DNA of 46,659 bases from Dehalococcoidia bacterium. GTDB taxonomy: Bacteria > Chloroflexota > Dehalococcoidia > SHYB01. The notes under the pieces are model-generated. The model saw nothing but the letters and a program-made list of their open reading frames with translations, had not been told where the DNA came from and searched no databases. A program made the position numbers and the translations under genes. Positions 24,138 to 34,115 of the stretch are shown piece after piece (positions within the stretch are counted from its first letter, which is position 1; each line of letters begins with the position of its first letter). Location of the stretch: positions 1 to 46,659 of the forward strand of contig DAOUKZ010000177.1 in assembly GCA_034420775.1 (NCBI GenBank), given 5' to 3'.

Positions 24138-24980
24138 CTACGGGAGGTCCTGGTTGAAGGTGGGCTTGCGGTGCTCGATGAACGAGGCCCGGCCTTCCGA
24201 GGCGTCGGCGTGGTGGTCGGAGATGGCGGTCTTGGTTGCGATGTCGTCCAGGGCTTGGTGGAAGGTGTACTCGGCGGCGTTGTAGATGGCCCGCTTCATG
24301 AGGCGCATGGCGACCTGCGGTCCTTTCGCCAGCTCCTCCGCTAGGGTGTAGGCCCGGTCCATGAGCTGGTCGCGCGGCGCGACCTCGTGGACGAGCCCCA
24401 GCCGTAGGGCCTCGTCGGCGGGGACGATCCGGTTGCGGAGCATGAAGTCCATGGCCCGCCCCACGCCGAGGTGCTGGACGAGGAGGTAGTGGCCCCCCTC
24501 GTCGGGCTGGTAGCCGAAGCGGAGTGTGGCGCTGCCCAGCATGGCGTCGCTCGCCGCGACGCGGAAGTCGCAGGCGAGGGCGAGGGAGAGCCCGGTCTGG
24601 ATGGCGAAGCCGTTGATGGCGGCCACGCTGATCTTGTCCAATTGCCGCACCACGAGCTGCACCGGTTGCGAGAAGGTCCGCAGCGAGTCGTAGGTGCTCA
24701 GCGGGCTTCGATGGCCGTGCGAGATCCGCGGCAGCCGCCCGCTGTCGTGCTTGCGGGGCTTGTCGCTGATGTCGTCGCCCGCGGAGAAGGCGCGGCCCGT
24801 GCCGGTGAACAGGATTACGCGCACCGCGTCCTCCATCTGGGCCTGTAGCAGCGTCTCCACGAGGTCGCGTTTGAGCGGATGCGTCATTCCGTTCATCCGC
24901 TCGGGCTCGTCGAATGTGATGAGCAGGATGTTCTCTCGCTCGATCTCGGCGGTGAAGCCGCTGAACCGGCCGGTATCCAT
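24138..24980 (-). CDS. enoyl-CoA hydratase/isomerase (crotonase) family protein
   Basis: ILLITFDEPERMNGMT...VILFTGTGRAFSAGDDI...VAAINGFAIQTGLSLALACDFRVA is the classic crotonase-fold pattern. The product is 280 aa. Confidence 0.85.
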   Translation of the reverse strand: MDTGRFSGFTAEIERENILLITFDEPERMNGMTHPLKRDLVETLLQAQMEDAVRVILFTGTGRAFSAGDDISDKPRKHDSGRLPRISHGHRSPLSTYDSLRTFSQPVQLVVRQLDKISVAAINGFAIQTGLSLALACDFRVAASDAMLGSATLRFGYQPDEGGHYLLVQHLGVGRAMDFMLRNRIVPADEALRLGLVHEVAPRDQLMDRAYTLAEELAKGPQVAMRLMKRAIYNAAEYTFHQALDDIATKTAISDHHADASEGRASFIEHRKPTFNQDLP

Positions 24981-25183
24981 TCCGTACCTCCTCGCCCTGG
25001 GGGCCGCGCCGGGGTCATGGTACCCAACGCGCCGCGCCGGTGAAAGCGCCGCCCTCCCTCCGGGGGAGACGGCGGCGAACGTCGGGGCACTTGACCAGGC
25101 ATCCCTCCCCCTCTACCGTTGCACGCTGCTGAGTCCGTCGAGTACGGCCGCGAGCCGAGGCCGCGGCGCATGGGAGGCCGGCG

Positions 25184-26272
25184 TTGAAGGGACAGTTCAA
25201 GGTGTTCGATGCGGTGCGGCACGTGGTAGAGCCCGCCGACCTGTGGAAGAGCCGCATCGAGCCGGCCTATGCTGGCGCCGTCGAGGTGCAGCGCGCCGGC
25301 GGGTCGGTGACGGTATCGGGACGTCCGGTGACGGCGGAGCGCCCCGACGTCATGGCCCATCCCCACTACCGGGAGGCGTATCGCGACGCTATCGCGGCGG
25401 ACTTCAGCGCCGAGTCGAACCTGGCCGACATGGACCGCGAGGGCATCGACGCGGCGCTGCTCCTGCCCACCTTCGGCATGTACGTGATCTGGGCCGACCA
25501 CGTCGACGCCGGTCTTTCCGCGGCGATCTGCCGCGCGTACAACGACTGGCTGCATGACTACTGCAGCGCCGACCGCGAACGGCTGAAGGCGGTGGCCCTG
25601 CTTCCCCAGCAAGACCCGGAGGCCGCCGCGGCCGAGCTTCGCCGCGCCGTGGGCAACGGCTTCGCCGCCGGCTTCATGCGGCCCAACGAGCTCGTCGGGC
25701 GACGTGCCCACGACACGGCCTACGACCCCCTCTATGCCGAGGCGGCGGAGCTGGGCGTCCCGCTGGTGCTGTGCGAAATGGGCGGTTCGGTACTCCACCA
25801 GATCGGCACCGACCGCTTCGACGGCTTCTTCAGCCGCGAGGCCGTCCTCGATCCCTACGAGATGATGCTGGTCTTCATGTCGTTCATGGGGCACAACGTC
25901 CTGGAGCGCTTCCCCGGCCTCAACATCGGCTACCTCGGCGCCGGCGTGGGCTGGATTCCCTACTGGCTCGACCGGGTCGACGAGCACTGGGGCGGTTTCT
26001 TCGGGGTCGACGCGCCCAGCACGCAGGCGCCGAGCCTGATGTTCAAGTCGCAGGGCTTCGCCGCCGCCGACCCGTGGGAGCGGACGCTGCCCGAGGTGAT
26101 CGAGGAGTGCGGCGAGGACACGATCGTATGGGGGAGCCAGTACCCCCGCCCCGAGCTCGCCGGCATCTTCCCCAACGAGCTCGACACGGTGGTCGACGGC
26201 CCGCTCCTCACCGACGCGCAGAAGCGGGCCGTGCTCTGGGACAACGCGGCCCGCCTCTTCAAGCTGGGCTGA
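25184..26272 (+). CDS. amidohydrolase-2 (PF04909) family protein
   Basis: The 362-aa product starts at TTG, preceded by GGGAGG 6 nt upstream. Recognisable stretches include FDAVRHVVEP..., AAGFMRPN, and a C-terminus WGSQYP...LWDNAARLF typical of this family. Confidence 0.8.
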   Translation: MKGQFKVFDAVRHVVEPADLWKSRIEPAYAGAVEVQRAGGSVTVSGRPVTAERPDVMAHPHYREAYRDAIAADFSAESNLADMDREGIDAALLLPTFGMYVIWADHVDAGLSAAICRAYNDWLHDYCSADRERLKAVALLPQQDPEAAAAELRRAVGNGFAAGFMRPNELVGRRAHDTAYDPLYAEAAELGVPLVLCEMGGSVLHQIGTDRFDGFFSREAVLDPYEMMLVFMSFMGHNVLERFPGLNIGYLGAGVGWIPYWLDRVDEHWGGFFGVDAPSTQAPSLMFKSQGFAAADPWERTLPEVIEECGEDTIVWGSQYPRPELAGIFPNELDTVVDGPLLTDAQKRAVLWDNAARLFKLG

Positions 26273-26345
26273 AGCACCCGCCCCGACCACCGACCAATTC
26301 TGCGATAATGCGGCGCGCCGCCGACGCGGCACTATGGAGGCCTTC

Positions 26346-27095
26346 ATGAAGTTTGCACGGTACTTTGCGCACGGTGAGACCGCCTACGGCGTCGTGGAGG
26401 GCGACCGCGTGCGCCAGATCACCACGACTCCGTTCGACGACTACGAGATCACCGACCACGAGCATGCCCTCGACGAGGTCAAACTGCTCGCTCCCCACGA
26501 GCCCCGCAAGGTTATGGCGATCGCGCTCAACTACGAGTCGCACCTTGCCAACTGGACACGGCCCACGCAGCCGGAGCCCTTCTTCAAGAACCCAACCTCG
26601 GTCATCGGGCCCGATGACGCCATCGTGCTCCCGCCCGATTCGGGGAAGGTCGACGCCGAGGGCGAGCTGGTCGTGGTCATGGGCCGGAGGGCCAAGGCGG
26701 TGTCCAAGGAGGAGGCGCTGGACTACGTGCTCGGCTATACCTGCGGGAACGACGTGAGCGCCCGGCCCTGGCAGGGTAACGACATCCAGTGGTGGCGAGG
26801 CAAGGGCAGCGACACCTTCGCGCCCCTCGGCCCCTTCATCACCACCGGGCTCGACCCGACCAAGCTCGAGGTCCGCACGCGGGTCAACGGCGAGGAGAAG
26901 CAGGCGTCGAGCGTAAGCCTGCTGCTGTTCGACATCCCGACCATCATCAGCTTCATTAGCCAGGCGGTCACACTGGACCCCGGCGACGTGATCTACAGCG
27001 GCACGCCGGGCATTCCGCCCCAGCTCAATCCGGGCGACGTCGTCGAGGTCGAGGTGACCGACGTCGGCGTGCTGCGCAACACGGTGACCGGCTAG
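26346..27095 (+). CDS. fumarylacetoacetate hydrolase (FAH) family protein
   Basis: MKFARY...KVMAIALNYESH...EGELVVVMGRRAK...VLGYTCGNDVSARPWQ is the FAH-fold signature. ATG 26346 follows GGAGG; the track start is 26334. Confidence 0.85.
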   Translation: MKFARYFAHGETAYGVVEGDRVRQITTTPFDDYEITDHEHALDEVKLLAPHEPRKVMAIALNYESHLANWTRPTQPEPFFKNPTSVIGPDDAIVLPPDSGKVDAEGELVVVMGRRAKAVSKEEALDYVLGYTCGNDVSARPWQGNDIQWWRGKGSDTFAPLGPFITTGLDPTKLEVRTRVNGEEKQASSVSLLLFDIPTIISFISQAVTLDPGDVIYSGTPGIPPQLNPGDVVEVEVTDVGVLRNTVTG

Positions 27096-27142
27096 ACCCA
27101 GCGCCCTAGCCGAAGCCCTCGATGCCCTAGGAGAGATACGCC

Positions 27143-28153
27143 ATGCCGGACAGACCGATAGCGGCCATGGACTTCATCGACGCCGCGAAGGCGACGACGC
27201 CGGACGCGACACTGCTGCGTGACGCCGGCGTCGAGCTGCGCGGGGAGCGGTGCGTGACCGAGGAGGACGTCATCCGCGTCGCGGCGGAGGCCGACGTACT
27301 CCTCGACGGGATGGGGCCGATCACGCGCCGGGTTCTCTCGTCGCTGCCCGAATGCAAGGTCGTGGTGCGCTACGGCGTCGGCGTCGATAACGTCGACCTC
27401 GACGCGGCGACGGACGAGGGCATCACCGTCGTCAACGTGCCCGACTACTGCGTCGAGGAGGTCTCGAACCACGTGATCACCTTCCTGCTGGCCTGGGCCA
27501 AGCAGCTCGCGCCGCTCGACGAGTGCGTCCGCAGCGGGGAGTGGGCGGAGCGGAAGCGCTGGCCGATGGACAAGGTGCAGTCGGTGCACCAGCAGACGTT
27601 GGGCGTGATCGGGGCGGGCCGTATCGGGCTCGCGGCGGCGCGCAAGGCCAAAGCGTTGGCCATGGAAGTGCTGGTCTTCGATCCCTATATCGACGACGGA
27701 AAATTGATGGCGGAGGGACTTATCCCCGCAGGCCTCGACCGCGTACTCGCGGAGAGCGACTACGTCTCCGTCCACACGCCGTTGACGGAGGAGACGCGCC
27801 ATCTCATCGGGCGCGACGCACTGCGGGCGATGAAGGAGACGGCCTTCTTGATCAACGTCTCACGCGGCCCCATCGTCGACGAGGCGGCGCTGATCGCGGC
27901 GCTCGAGGCCGGAGAGATCGCGGGGGCGGCGCTCGACGTGTTCGAGACGGAGCCCATCGGTCCCGATAACCCGCTGTGCACGATGCCGAACACGATTCTC
28001 ACGCCGCACGCGGCGCACTACTCACCGCTGGCCACGATCCGGGCACGGACGCAGATCGCCGAAGAGGTCCTCCGCGCCCTCGGTGGCGAGTGGCCGCTCA
28101 ACGTCGCCAACCCGGCGGTGAAGCAGAAGTCGCGGCTGGGCTTCGCGCCGTAG
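27143..28153 (+). CDS. D-isomer-specific 2-hydroxyacid dehydrogenase family protein
   Basis: GVIGAGRIGLAAARKAKALAMEVLVFDP is the NAD-binding motif. NVSRGPIVDEAALIAALEAGEIAGAALDVFETEP and TPHAA are also present. Confidence 0.9.
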   Translation: MPDRPIAAMDFIDAAKATTPDATLLRDAGVELRGERCVTEEDVIRVAAEADVLLDGMGPITRRVLSSLPECKVVVRYGVGVDNVDLDAATDEGITVVNVPDYCVEEVSNHVITFLLAWAKQLAPLDECVRSGEWAERKRWPMDKVQSVHQQTLGVIGAGRIGLAAARKAKALAMEVLVFDPYIDDGKLMAEGLIPAGLDRVLAESDYVSVHTPLTEETRHLIGRDALRAMKETAFLINVSRGPIVDEAALIAALEAGEIAGAALDVFETEPIGPDNPLCTMPNTILTPHAAHYSPLATIRARTQIAEEVLRALGGEWPLNVANPAVKQKSRLGFAP

Positions 28154-28352
28154 CGGCGGCGCTAGGCCGACGGGCGAATTCAACGTCACTCCGGTAGTGG
28201 CGACGGCGGTCACTTCGATCACCGCAGGGCTGTCGGCCGCCCAAGCCTTTTGTGCCAAAGCCCTCTTGCTAGGTAAGAGTTCCGTGTCGTTAACTTAATG
28301 TTGTGTTGCCGTCGCCACCCGAAGGCAGCCTGCTTGTCATCCCTGCAGGAAA

Positions 28353-29138
28353 ATGATGGCTGAGAGCGAACTGCACAAGAGAGTGTCAAGAAGCCTTCGC
28401 GTGGGAGATGATGTCGGCCAGTCGTTTGGCGAGTCCCTCAAGGTAGCGGATGCCCTTCCTCCCAATACCGCCATAAGAAAAGGTCCGGCCCAAGGACTTC
28501 GTCCTGACCATCGAATAATGACCACGGAAGGGGTGCTCGTCGCAGTCGAATACCGCTATAGGCATCCGATTCCTCAAGAGAAGCTCAATAGGTTGATGGC
28601 TGAGGGGATGCCGATACTGGAGATCGACCTACGCGACCTGACCGGAAAGCCTACTGAATCCGAAATACGGGAGTACCTTGCTCAAGAGGGCGGGAGAGTG
28701 AACGACAGGAGCAAGCGTTTCCTGTACATGCCCACCATCGACGACATTATTCGGCGCGCAGGTGGAAGCACTGAACAAGGCCCCGGCCACAACTACGGAG
28801 GCCTCCGGTGCCTTGTGCCAGGTTGCAGGGGACAGGTGGCAAATGCGCATAGTGGAGTATTCGTCGATCCTCAGATGGCTTTGGGTGAAGAGCCTTGGGC
28901 CTACGATAGACTGCTCCGAGAAAGGCGCATCAGGTCATACACGTTGCCCAGGTTCGCCTGCGTGGACCACATAGGCCTTCCTGCCATGTATGCAACACCT
29001 GGAGGCCTCAATTGGTATAGGACGCCAGCCTCGCCTAACTCAGCACGCATCGGCCACGGCCAAACGACACGAGATATAGGTGGTGGGCTCAGGGCAATGG
29101 TGAAGATACAAACCGGGATTCATGGCCCGCCAAGCTAG
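28353..29138 (+). CDS. orphan hypothetical protein in a low-G+C patch (possible PD-(D/E)xK/CoiA-like nuclease N-terminus)
   Basis: This 261-aa ORF is the only long ORF in a roughly 0.9-kb segment of visibly lower G+C. Its codons often end in A/T, unlike its neighbours. Residues about 6-105 (ELHKRV...RPDHRIMTTEGVLVAVEYRYRHPIPQEKLNRLMAEGMPILEIDL) loosely follow the CoiA-type pattern. The C-terminal part has CLVPGC and CVDH clusters. Confidence 0.5.
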   Translation: MMAESELHKRVSRSLRVGDDVGQSFGESLKVADALPPNTAIRKGPAQGLRPDHRIMTTEGVLVAVEYRYRHPIPQEKLNRLMAEGMPILEIDLRDLTGKPTESEIREYLAQEGGRVNDRSKRFLYMPTIDDIIRRAGGSTEQGPGHNYGGLRCLVPGCRGQVANAHSGVFVDPQMALGEEPWAYDRLLRERRIRSYTLPRFACVDHIGLPAMYATPGGLNWYRTPASPNSARIGHGQTTRDIGGGLRAMVKIQTGIHGPPS

Positions 29139-29202
29139 TTTGAAAGTGCATCGCTAGAGGCCGTGGCGCTTAACGCTCCGGGCGGCACGCGAAATGGTTG
29201 CC

Positions 29203-30081
29203 CTACAGCACCGAGCCGGTCTGGCCGGGGGAGCGGCCCTTGGCGAAGGCGCGGACCATGGCGTCCTGGACGTAGGACGCGACGAGCGTGCCGTTCTCGG
29301 TGAAGACGTCGCCGCGGCCGTAGACGCGGCCACGGCCGGCGTAGGGTGCTCCTTGATCGAGCAGGAACCAGGCCCCGGCGGGGACGGGGTCGTGGAAGGT
29401 GACCGTGTGGCTGTTCACTCCGGTTGAGATCTCGGTGTGCGCCTGCTCCGGGCGGAGGTCGTGGGGCCGCATGGCCGCGCTGATGAGGTGGAAGTTCGTC
29501 ACATACGCTACCAACGCTTGGTTGGTGGCATTGTCGTCGGGAGCGCCGGAGAAGCGTACCCACATCGGGTACTCGGGCGGGGCCTTGTCGCCGGGTACGA
29601 ACGGGTCGGCCCCGGCGATCGTGCCGAGGTCCCATGCGCCCTTCACGTCGAGCTTGGTGCCGGCGTGGCTTGGGCCGTCCATCAGCGGCATCTCTCGCGC
29701 GTGCCGGATGAGGTCGGGGTCGGGCACCGTCAGCATCACCACGCCCTTGGAGATCGGGCGGCCCTTCTGCTCGAAGGTGATGCCGACCGTGCCGTAGCTG
29801 CCGCCGGCGTGGACGGTGTCGAGGATGAGGTAGAGGGGGTCGGCGCCCCAACCGGCACGGGAGAAGACCAGGTGGACGGTTTTCACCTCCTTCTCCGGCT
29901 GACTTCGGGTGGCGGCGATGATCGCCTGACCGAGAAGCTGCCCGCCGCCGATGATGGCGTTTGCCGAGTTCTCCTGGTCGGGCGCGGACTGTCCGTAGTG
30001 GTTGATAAGGGGGGCCTCGAACCGGTTGTCGCCGAGCGGCTTGACGTCGAAGCCGTGCAGCAGGTCGCTGAGTTGCAGCAT
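29203..30081 (-). CDS. acyl-CoA thioesterase II (TesB-like, double hot-dog)
   Basis: At 292 aa, the size and the N-terminal LLxxFDVxPLGDNRFEA pattern fit TesB-type thioesterases. Confidence 0.75.
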   Translation of the reverse strand: MLQLSDLLHGFDVKPLGDNRFEAPLINHYGQSAPDQENSANAIIGGGQLLGQAIIAATRSQPEKEVKTVHLVFSRAGWGADPLYLILDTVHAGGSYGTVGITFEQKGRPISKGVVMLTVPDPDLIRHAREMPLMDGPSHAGTKLDVKGAWDLGTIAGADPFVPGDKAPPEYPMWVRFSGAPDDNATNQALVAYVTNFHLISAAMRPHDLRPEQAHTEISTGVNSHTVTFHDPVPAGAWFLLDQGAPYAGRGRVYGRGDVFTENGTLVASYVQDAMVRAFAKGRSPGQTGSVL

Positions 30082-30192
30082 GAGAGGGTCTCCTTGAGCT
30101 TGGCGTGGGACGCCGAAGCCGTCGCGTTTCCGCGTATCTTACCCGCGCGATGCTTGGGGGCAAGCGCGGAACGCCCGCAGGGGCGGTGAAGG

Positions 30193-30280
30193 TGGTGCCG
30201 AGGGCGCGACTCGAACGCGCACGGGCAAAAAGCCCACTACCCCCTCAAGATAGCGTGTCTACCTATTCCACCACCTCGGC
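30193..30280 (-). tRNA. tRNA-Leu (anticodon GAG), CCA encoded
   Basis: The hand-folded cloverleaf is as follows. Acceptor stem GCCGAGG/CCTCGGC; 3-bp D stem GTG/CAC with GG in the loop; anticodon stem CTATC/GGTAG with loop TT-GAG-GG. It has a long variable arm GGGC-TTTTT-GCCC (class II), a T arm GCGCG-TTCGAGT-CGCGC, discriminator A, and CCA. Confidence 0.85.
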
Positions 30281-30405
30281 GTAAAGGAAAGCTGCGGGGT
30301 GAATGGGGCGCGTACGCCCCGGCGAGGGTGTGCTCCAAAGAGCCTTTCCATGATATGGGGCGCTCGAAACGCCTGTCAACGGCGCTCGGACGGCCTCCGG
30401 CCCGG

Positions 30406-31182
30406 CTACAGAATCTGCGACAGGAACAGCTTCGTGCGGTCGTTCTTGGGGTTGTTGAAGATGTCGTTCGGCGGGCCGTCCTCGACGATGATCCCTTCGT
30501 CGAACATCATCATGCGGTCGGCGACCTCTCTGGCGAAGCCGAGCTCGTGGGAGACCACGATCATGGTCATGCCGGAGGCGGCCAGCTCGCGCATCACGTC
30601 CAGCACTTCCTTGATCATTTCGGGGTCGAGCGCGGAGGTCGGCTCGTCGAAGAGCATGATGTTCGGCTGCATGGCGAGGGCGCGGGCGATCGCGACCCGC
30701 TGCTGCTGCCCGCCGGAAATCTCAGCGGGGTATTTGTCGGCCTGCTCGGGAATGCCGACGCGTTCCAACAGCTCCATAGCGACGTTCCTGGCCTCTTGGT
30801 CCGGCAGGTGCCGCACCTTCATCGGCGCCAGGGTAATGTTCTGCAACACCGAGAGGTGGGGGAAGAGGTTGAACGACTGAAAGACCATGCCCACATCCCG
30901 ACGTATGGCGTCGATGTTGCGGATGTCCTGCGTCATTTCGACGCCGTCCACGATGATGTCGCCCCGCTGGTGTTCCTCTAGCCGGTTGATGGCGCGAATG
31001 AAGGTCGATTTGCCCGAACCGGACGGCCCGAAGATTACGACGACCTCGCCCCGCTTGATGGTGGTCGTGATGCCCCGCAGGACATGGAAGTCGCCGAACC
31101 ACTTGTGGACGTCGCGGCAGACGATCATGTCGTCCGCGCCTACCGTCGGTTTGTTCTCTACCGGTGCTTCGTTCGTGGCCAT
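30406..31182 (-). CDS. polar amino-acid ABC transporter ATP-binding protein (AapP/GlnQ-like)
   Basis: Walker [10 protein letters not shown], signature ISGGQQQR, and Walker [12 protein letters not shown] are all present. The product is 258 aa. Confidence 0.95.
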   Translation of the reverse strand: MATNEAPVENKPTVGADDMIVCRDVHKWFGDFHVLRGITTTIKRGEVVVIFGPSGSGKSTFIRAINRLEEHQRGDIIVDGVEMTQDIRNIDAIRRDVGMVFQSFNLFPHLSVLQNITLAPMKVRHLPDQEARNVAMELLERVGIPEQADKYPAEISGGQQQRVAIARALAMQPNIMLFDEPTSALDPEMIKEVLDVMRELAASGMTMIVVSHELGFAREVADRMMMFDEGIIVEDGPPNDIFNNPKNDRTKLFLSQIL

Positions 31183-31204
31183 GACAGCCCCCGATCTCTG
31201 ATGT

Positions 31205-32785
31205 TTACCGCTGGCCGACGCCGAGATGCCGCTCGACGCGTCGGCTCACGTACGACATGGTGTACGTGAAGATCCAGAAGAGCAGTGCAATGAAGATGAA
31301 CAGCTCCTGCGTGTTGGACAGGAACTGCACGTTGCCCTGGATGAACGCCCGGCTGATTTCCACCACGTCGAGCATGCCGATGATGTAGATCAGACTGGTG
31401 TCCTTGAACAGCGAGATGAACTGCCCCACGATGGCGGGGATCACGTTGCGAATGGCCTGGGGCAGCGAGATATACAGCGTCGTCTGCCAGGCGGGAAGTC
31501 CCAGCGCCCGCGCCGCCTCGGCCTGGCCCGCGTGCAGCGCCTGGAGGCCGCCGCGTACGTTCTCGGCCATATATGCCGAGCTGAACAAGATGATCACGAT
31601 GGCCGCCCGGATCAGCGCGGGCGGCACGGCGTCGACTGGGAAGGCCAGCGGCACCAGCACTTGGGACATGAACAACAGTGTGATCAGCGGGACGCCGCGG
31701 AAGATCTCGATGAAGATCACGCACAGCAATTTGACGACCGGCAGGTTGCTCCGGCGCCCCAGCGCGAGTGCGATGCCGATGGGCAGGCTGAGCGCGATGC
31801 CGGCAACCGCAAGCAGCAGATTCAGCGTCAGTCCGCCCCAGTTGCCGACCGCGACGGGTTGCAGTCCGGGTAGCTCCTCGATACCCAGCAGCAGGATCAC
31901 GGTGATCACGAAGGTCGCCACGGCCAAGGTGCCGATCCAAGGCATCGTGTTCGGCGGCTTGTTTCTGGCGAGGGCCCAACACCACACGCCTACCACGAGG
32001 AGGCTCGCGTCCAGCAGCAGACGTGCGTCTATGACTATGCGGTCCAGGCGCCCGAAGCTGTAAAGGAGGAAGGCCAGTACCACAAAGACACCCGCCGCCG
32101 TCAGAGCGACGCCCTTGGTGCTGGGTGACCCGGTGGTCCACCACACGCCTAACGCGAGGAGGCTCGCAGCCAGCAGGCCCGCCGCCAGCAGGGTGGTGAC
32201 GTCTATGCCCAGGTGCTCGAAGCTGTAAAGGAAGAAGGCCAGCAGTACAACGGTTCCCGCCGCCATCAGAGCGACGCGCATGGCCGTGGGCGATTTGGCG
32301 ATAGCCCATCCTACGCCTACCGCCGGCAGGTTCGCCGCCAGCAGCAGGCGCACGTCCATACCCATGCGCTCGAAGCTGTAGGGGAGAAAGGCCAGGAGCA
32401 CGAGAACTCCCGACGCCAGGAGAGCGACGCGCTTGGCCGTGGGAGCTCCTGAGATGCCCCACACCATCCCCAGCAGCACGCTGACCAACAGAAGGGAGAC
32501 TTGCGGCCTCCAGAAGCAGTCGTTGCCGGGGCAGGATGCATCGGTGTTGTACGGGCCCATGAACATCAGCCCGCCCAGCGTCGATATGACCGTCCAGTCG
32601 GCGCCCACGAATAACCAGCGCAGCCCGAACCAGAGGGCCGCGACCAGCACAACGGCGGAAGCGATGGTCAGCGCCGTATTGAACCGGCTGCTGAACAGGT
32701 TCGTGAGGACCCATCCCTGCAGGCCGACCTCCGACCGGGGCGGGGGAAGGACCGGCGCCGGTGTTGGCTGTGATGTGGTCGTCAT
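31205..32785 (-). CDS. amino-acid ABC transporter permease (AapM-like) with internally triplicated TM-hairpin insert
   Basis: The C-terminal 240 aa match the His/Glu/Gln/Arg permease core ([32 protein letters not shown]..., [14 protein letters not shown]). The N-terminus ([14 protein letters not shown]) matches AapM. At 526 aa it is about 140 aa longer than the AapM I recall. Confidence 0.9.
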   Translation of the reverse strand: MTTTSQPTPAPVLPPPRSEVGLQGWVLTNLFSSRFNTALTIASAVVLVAALWFGLRWLFVGADWTVISTLGGLMFMGPYNTDASCPGNDCFWRPQVSLLLVSVLLGMVWGISGAPTAKRVALLASGVLVLLAFLPYSFERMGMDVRLLLAANLPAVGVGWAIAKSPTAMRVALMAAGTVVLLAFFLYSFEHLGIDVTTLLAAGLLAASLLALGVWWTTGSPSTKGVALTAAGVFVVLAFLLYSFGRLDRIVIDARLLLDASLLVVGVWCWALARNKPPNTMPWIGTLAVATFVITVILLLGIEELPGLQPVAVGNWGGLTLNLLLAVAGIALSLPIGIALALGRRSNLPVVKLLCVIFIEIFRGVPLITLLFMSQVLVPLAFPVDAVPPALIRAAIVIILFSSAYMAENVRGGLQALHAGQAEAARALGLPAWQTTLYISLPQAIRNVIPAIVGQFISLFKDTSLIYIIGMLDVVEISRAFIQGNVQFLSNTQELFIFIALLFWIFTYTMSYVSRRVERHLGVGQR

Positions 32786-32812
32786 GGCTTGGTGCGGTGT
32801 TCTTGCGGCGTG

Positions 32813-34018
32813 CTACTTTTGCGTGAAGGCGATGTACTGGTTGTAGAGATTCCCAACAAGCGAATAGGTCAGACTGATCGCGAGGTAGATGGCCATGATC
32901 AGGATGAAGATGGAGATCGCGGGGGCGGTCTGCGTCATGGTCTTGGCCACGTTGGTCAGGTCGGCGTACCCAATTGCCGCGGCCAGGCTGCTGTTCTTGG
33001 TAAGGTTGAGGTACTGGCTGATCGTGGGGGGCACGATGACGCGCAGCGCCTGCGGAAAGATCACGAACCGCAGCGCGTTCGAAGGCGTGAGGCCCAGGGC
33101 CCGGGCGGCTTCCACCTGCCCGCGGCGTACCGACTGAATGCCCGCGCGCACGATTTCGGCGATGAAGGCCGACGTGTAGATCACCAGGCCGGCCAGCAGC
33201 GCCAAGAGCGCCCCCGGCGCGGTGATCCCGCCATGGATCCGCCCGAAGTCCCCCTGCGGCGCCGGAATTGAGACTACGAACGGCGCTCCGCCCGCGATCG
33301 CACCTATGACTACCCAGGCGACCGCGCCTACGACCGCGATGGTCGCGAGGCTGGCGATCACCGGGTAGGACGGCTTGCCGGTGATGTCTTCCCTCCGCGA
33401 CAGCAGGCGGTGAGCAATCACTCCCAGCACAAGGCCGCCAACAGCGACTCCCAGCCACGCGGCAGCCGCGCCGGCATCCGAGGCCGACGGTCCAGGCGCC
33501 GAGATGCCCGCGTTGTTGACGTACAGCCAGTCCCCGACCACGTATCCGTCCCGGACCTGAGGCAGGGCCAGGATGATGTAGAACCAGAAGAAGAGCTGCA
33601 CCAGCAGCGGCACGTTCCGGAAGAACTCGACGTAGGTCAGGGCGATCTTTGAAACCAGCCAGTTCCCCGATAGACGCGCGACGCCCACCGCGATCCCCAG
33701 AATGCTGGCCAGAATGACGCCGATGATCGAGACGAAGACTGTGTTGGTGGATGCGACGACGAGAGCGTAGCCGAAGGAGTCCGACGGTTCGTAGCCCAGG
33801 AAGGACTGGCCGATGGGCGTGAGATACTCACGGTCCAGGAATTCGAATCCGAAGGGGATGTTCCGGTCCTGGATGGCGTTGCTGATGTTCGTGAAGAACC
33901 AGACGACCAGCCCCACCACCAAGATGGCGGATACGATCTGCAGCGCCGCCCGGAGGATCTTGGCGTGATGCCAGACCGGGATGCCCTCGTAGGTTAGCTG
34001 TCGTGGTATCGACGCCAT
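32813..34018 (-). CDS. amino-acid ABC transporter permease (AapQ-like)
   Basis: The 401-aa polytopic protein carries the EAA-type segment [28 protein letters not shown]. Confidence 0.9.
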   Translation of the reverse strand: MASIPRQLTYEGIPVWHHAKILRAALQIVSAILVVGLVVWFFTNISNAIQDRNIPFGFEFLDREYLTPIGQSFLGYEPSDSFGYALVVASTNTVFVSIIGVILASILGIAVGVARLSGNWLVSKIALTYVEFFRNVPLLVQLFFWFYIILALPQVRDGYVVGDWLYVNNAGISAPGPSASDAGAAAAWLGVAVGGLVLGVIAHRLLSRREDITGKPSYPVIASLATIAVVGAVAWVVIGAIAGGAPFVVSIPAPQGDFGRIHGGITAPGALLALLAGLVIYTSAFIAEIVRAGIQSVRRGQVEAARALGLTPSNALRFVIFPQALRVIVPPTISQYLNLTKNSSLAAAIGYADLTNVAKTMTQTAPAISIFILIMAIYLAISLTYSLVGNLYNQYIAFTQK

Positions 34019-34115
34019 GTAGGCCTTACAGAACGAAAGGGGCGGCCGACACTAGGCCGGCCGCCCCTTCATTCATCCGTTCTTGATTCCTTGCCTCAAA
34101 CGAGCATGGAACGCG

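Noticed and set aside
24893-26347. 484-aa - strand ORF
   Set aside because: It is antisense to the amidohydrolase-2 gene 25184..26272, which has an RBS and family motifs. The ORF has no motifs and is Arg/Gly/Ala/Val-rich.
28154-30280. tRNA-Leu-targeted genomic island carrying the orphan ORF and the thioesterase
   Set aside because: There is no integrase. I could find no direct repeat of the tRNA 3' end near 28200..29200. The thioesterase between the orphan and the tRNA has native-like high G+C. Only the roughly 0.9-kb orphan segment is compositionally odd.
30304-30320. Hairpin GGGGCG-CGTA-CGCCCC as terminator of the ABC operon
   Set aside because: On the minus strand it is not followed by a U-run, and it lies about 90 nt past the stop. 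That is too weak to call.
31158-33458. 766-aa - strand ORF spanning the two permease genes
   Set aside because: It is on the same strand as the AapM/AapQ-like permeases but off-frame. It is extremely Arg/Pro/Gly-rich, whereas the permease frames give proper TM helices and EAA-type motifs.
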